Below are positions 15,344 to 17,635 of a DNA stretch of 17,635 nucleotides, in pieces (position 1 is the stretch's first letter; every line of letters starts with the position of its first letter). Under the pieces are notes generated by a model. That model saw only the letters and a program-made list of their open reading frames with translations. It ran no database searches and was not told where the DNA came from. The stretch is from Bacteroidales bacterium (GTDB lineage Bacteria > Bacteroidota > Bacteroidia > Bacteroidales > UBA12077), in contig JANQHR010000173.1 in assembly GCA_028282585.1 (NCBI GenBank), positions 1 through 17,635 on the forward strand, given 5' to 3'. A program made the position numbers and the translations under genes.

Positions 15344-17461
15344 ATGGCAACATTAGAGAAAATTAGAAATCGCGCAGGAGTTTTAGTTGCAGTGGTTATA
15401 GGATTAGCACTGCTTGCATTTATTTTAGGAGATTTTATGAATTCAGGAGGAGCATTATTTTCAAATACGCAGTTTGAAATAGCGGAGATTGCTGGAAAAT
15501 CTATTCCTTATCAAAAGTATCAAAAAGATCTAAACGAGATGATGGAAATCAATAAGTTTAGTAGCGGGCAATCTACGCTTGATGAAAATACCGTTCAGAG
15601 AATTCAGATGCAAACTTGGAACCAATTAGTAAGAGAATATGTTTTGGAAGATGAATATGATGAAATTGGATTAGATGTTAGCAGTCAGGAATTATGGGAC
15701 ATGGTTCAGGGTGAAAATATCCACCCTATTATTCAGAATTTATTTACAAATCCTGAAACAGGAGAATTAAATACGATGGCCGTAATCCGTTTCTTAAAAA
15801 CCTATGAACAAGATCCAACCGGACAGCAAAAGGCTTACTGGTTATTTATTGAAGATCAAATGATAAGAGACAGGTTATTTACAAAATACTCAAACTTAAT
15901 AAGTAAAGGGTTATACTCTACTAAAGCAGAAGCTCAAAACGAATTGAATAATATTAATAAGAAAGTTGATTTTGAGTTTGTTGCTCAAGAAATCAGTTCT
16001 ATTCCTGATAGCTTAATTGAAGTTAAAAATAGTGACCTAAAGGCATATTATGAGGCTCATCAGAATGAATTTAAACAAGACGCAAGCAGAGATATTGAGT
16101 ATATCACTTTTGACGTAGTTGCATCCGAAGCAGATAGAGAAGCTACTCAAGATTGGATCAATAATATAAAAGAGGATTTTGCTGCTACTGATAATGATAA
16201 AGAATTTGTAACACTTAACAGCGATTTTGAACATAAAAATATCTTTTTAAAAAAGGACGAATTACCTGAAATCCTGGAAGGTGAAATGTGGAATGCAGAT
16301 GAAGGTTATATATATGGACCGTATTTTGAGAATGATTCTTATATGCTTGCAAAACTCTCAGAAATAGGTTATGTACCGGATTCTGTAAGAGCACGACATA
16401 TACTATTACAACCAACCCAGAACCAAAGTTCAGAAATGATTTTTGCTTTAGCGGATAGTATCAAAGAACAACTTGAGAACGGTGCAAACTTTGCTTTGCT
16501 TTCTGATCAGTATTCTTCTGATAAAGCGGCAAATGAAAAAGGTGGAGATCTAGGATGGTTTAGAGCTAACCAAATGGTTACTCCATTTAGTGATACTTCT
16601 TTTAATGCCAATATTGGAGAATATAAATTAGTAGCAACACAGTTTGGATTGCATATTGTTCAGGTAACTAACAAAGCCAGAAATGAAAGAAAAGTAAAAA
16701 TAGCTATATTAGGCCGTAAGTTGGAACCAAGCTCTGAAACGTACCAACAAACATATGCTCTTGCTAGTAAATTTGCCGGTAATAATCACACATATGAAGA
16801 GTTTCAACAAGCTCTAGAAGCGGAGGGATTTGCTAAGAAAATTGCACAAAATGTAAAAGAAGCAGATCAGCAATTAGCAGGATTAGAAAGTCCAAGAGAA
16901 TTTATTCGGTCGATTTACGATACGGAAAAACATGGTATTATTAAGTCTCAAAACAATCCTATTTTTGAGCTAGGCGATCGATTTGTAATTGGTTTTGTAA
17001 CGGAAGTAAGGGAAGATGGCGTTGCACCTCTTGATCAAGTAAGAGATCAAGTAACTGTTCAAGTTAAAAAAGAGAAGAAAGCTAAGTATCTGGCAGAGAA
17101 ATTCAGTGCAGTTATGGCAACAGATAACAATTTGGAAGTATTGGCAAATGAATTTAATACCGAAGTTTTTGAAGCAACGGACATTACATTCAGATCATAT
17201 TCTATTCCAAATGTTGGTATTGAACCTAAGTTGGTTGCAGCTGCAACTTCGGTTAGTACGGATCAGGTTTTTGGACCGATCAAAGGTGAAAACAATGTAT
17301 TTGCATTAAAAGTTTTAACAATAGCAGAAGAAGAAAATTCAAACCCTGAGATGCAACAAATGCAAACAATGACTCAATTTAGAAATAGAGCAAATTACGA
17401 AGCATTTGAAGCCTTAAAAGAAACTGCAAACATTGTAGATAAAAGAGCGAAATTCTATTAG
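15344..17461 (+). CDS. ppiD: Membrane-anchored periplasmic chaperone/peptidylprolyl isomerase (PpiD-like; SurA-N plus parvulin domain)
   Basis: 705 aa with the MATLEKIRNR..VIGLALLAFILGD TM anchor, a SurA-N-like helical region and a parvulin domain (VRARHILL, YSSD, GGDLGWF, MVTPF, TQFGLHIV). Confidence 0.88.
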   Translation: MATLEKIRNRAGVLVAVVIGLALLAFILGDFMNSGGALFSNTQFEIAEIAGKSIPYQKYQKDLNEMMEINKFSSGQSTLDENTVQRIQMQTWNQLVREYVLEDEYDEIGLDVSSQELWDMVQGENIHPIIQNLFTNPETGELNTMAVIRFLKTYEQDPTGQQKAYWLFIEDQMIRDRLFTKYSNLISKGLYSTKAEAQNELNNINKKVDFEFVAQEISSIPDSLIEVKNSDLKAYYEAHQNEFKQDASRDIEYITFDVVASEADREATQDWINNIKEDFAATDNDKEFVTLNSDFEHKNIFLKKDELPEILEGEMWNADEGYIYGPYFENDSYMLAKLSEIGYVPDSVRARHILLQPTQNQSSEMIFALADSIKEQLENGANFALLSDQYSSDKAANEKGGDLGWFRANQMVTPFSDTSFNANIGEYKLVATQFGLHIVQVTNKARNERKVKIAILGRKLEPSSETYQQTYALASKFAGNNHTYEEFQQALEAEGFAKKIAQNVKEADQQLAGLESPREFIRSIYDTEKHGIIKSQNNPIFELGDRFVIGFVTEVREDGVAPLDQVRDQVTVQVKKEKKAKYLAEKFSAVMATDNNLEVLANEFNTEVFEATDITFRSYSIPNVGIEPKLVAAATSVSTDQVFGPIKGENNVFALKVLTIAEEENSNPEMQQMQTMTQFRNRANYEAFEALKETANIVDKRAKFY

Positions 17462-17484
17462 AATTTAAATACTTGATTGTTGTT

Positions 17485-17515
17485 ATGCGGAGTGAAAAAT
17501 CATTCCGCATTTTTT
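17485..17515 (+). terminator. Rho-independent terminator after ppiD
   Basis: 11-bp stem ATGCGGAGTGA (17485-17495) / TCATTCCGCAT (17500-17510) with one G-U pair and an AAAA loop, followed by TTTTT. Confidence 0.85.
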
Positions 17516-17563
17516 AGTCAAGTTTCTCATTCCAAAATAGGCACATTCTTAAGTAAATAACAT

Positions 17564-17594
17564 TTTGAATATCAAGTAATTATTTGTATCTTTA
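17564..17594 (+). promoter_or_regulatory. Putative promoter for the next gene beyond the right edge
   Basis: TTTG (17564-17567), N19, TATCTTTA (17587-17594; one mismatch to TAnnTTTG), located just after the terminator. Confidence 0.5.
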
Positions 17595-17635
17595 GATAAA
17601 ACAAAACCCCGAAAAGTGCCGAAAACACAAAAAAT

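Noticed and set aside
16037-17309. Short ORFs 16037-16234, 16215-16415 and 17106-17309 inside ppiD
   Set aside because: They are antisense or out-of-frame within a conserved gene, with no independent evidence.
1-17635. CRISPR arrays, tandem repeats, IS/transposases, integrases, prophage or defence genes, tRNAs
   Set aside because: None were seen. Intergenic gaps are short and explained by promoters and terminators, and all long ORFs are housekeeping or envelope genes.

Overview
AT-rich chromosomal housekeeping window from a Bacteroidota genome, probably Bacteroidia. The assignment rests on TAnnTTTG-type -7 promoter boxes, the absence of Shine-Dalgarno motifs and the gene content. Left to right: (1) a strong leftward promoter region that resembles a stable-RNA (rRNA/tRNA) promoter for a locus outside the window; (2) a + strand run of polyprenol-phosphate mannose synthase, dihydroorotase, a GldN-like lipoprotein and a D-2-hydroxyacid dehydrogenase; (3) convergent aspartate kinase; (4) class 1 fbp, a terminator hairpin and mfd; (5) an envelope-biogenesis cluster of coaX, a FadL-like (possibly BamG) outer-membrane barrel, a periplasmic TPR protein, lptC, a 66-aa two-helix membrane protein, a CNNM/CorC-family protein and a PpiD-like chaperone with a terminator. 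I see no mobile element, CRISPR array, tRNA or defence system. The best leads are a stand-alone lipoprotein version of the GldN fold, a CorC protein whose transmembrane ion-binding motifs appear lost, and a lipobox-bearing LptC coupled to an unknown membrane microprotein. All family calls come from motif recognition, with no database searches.
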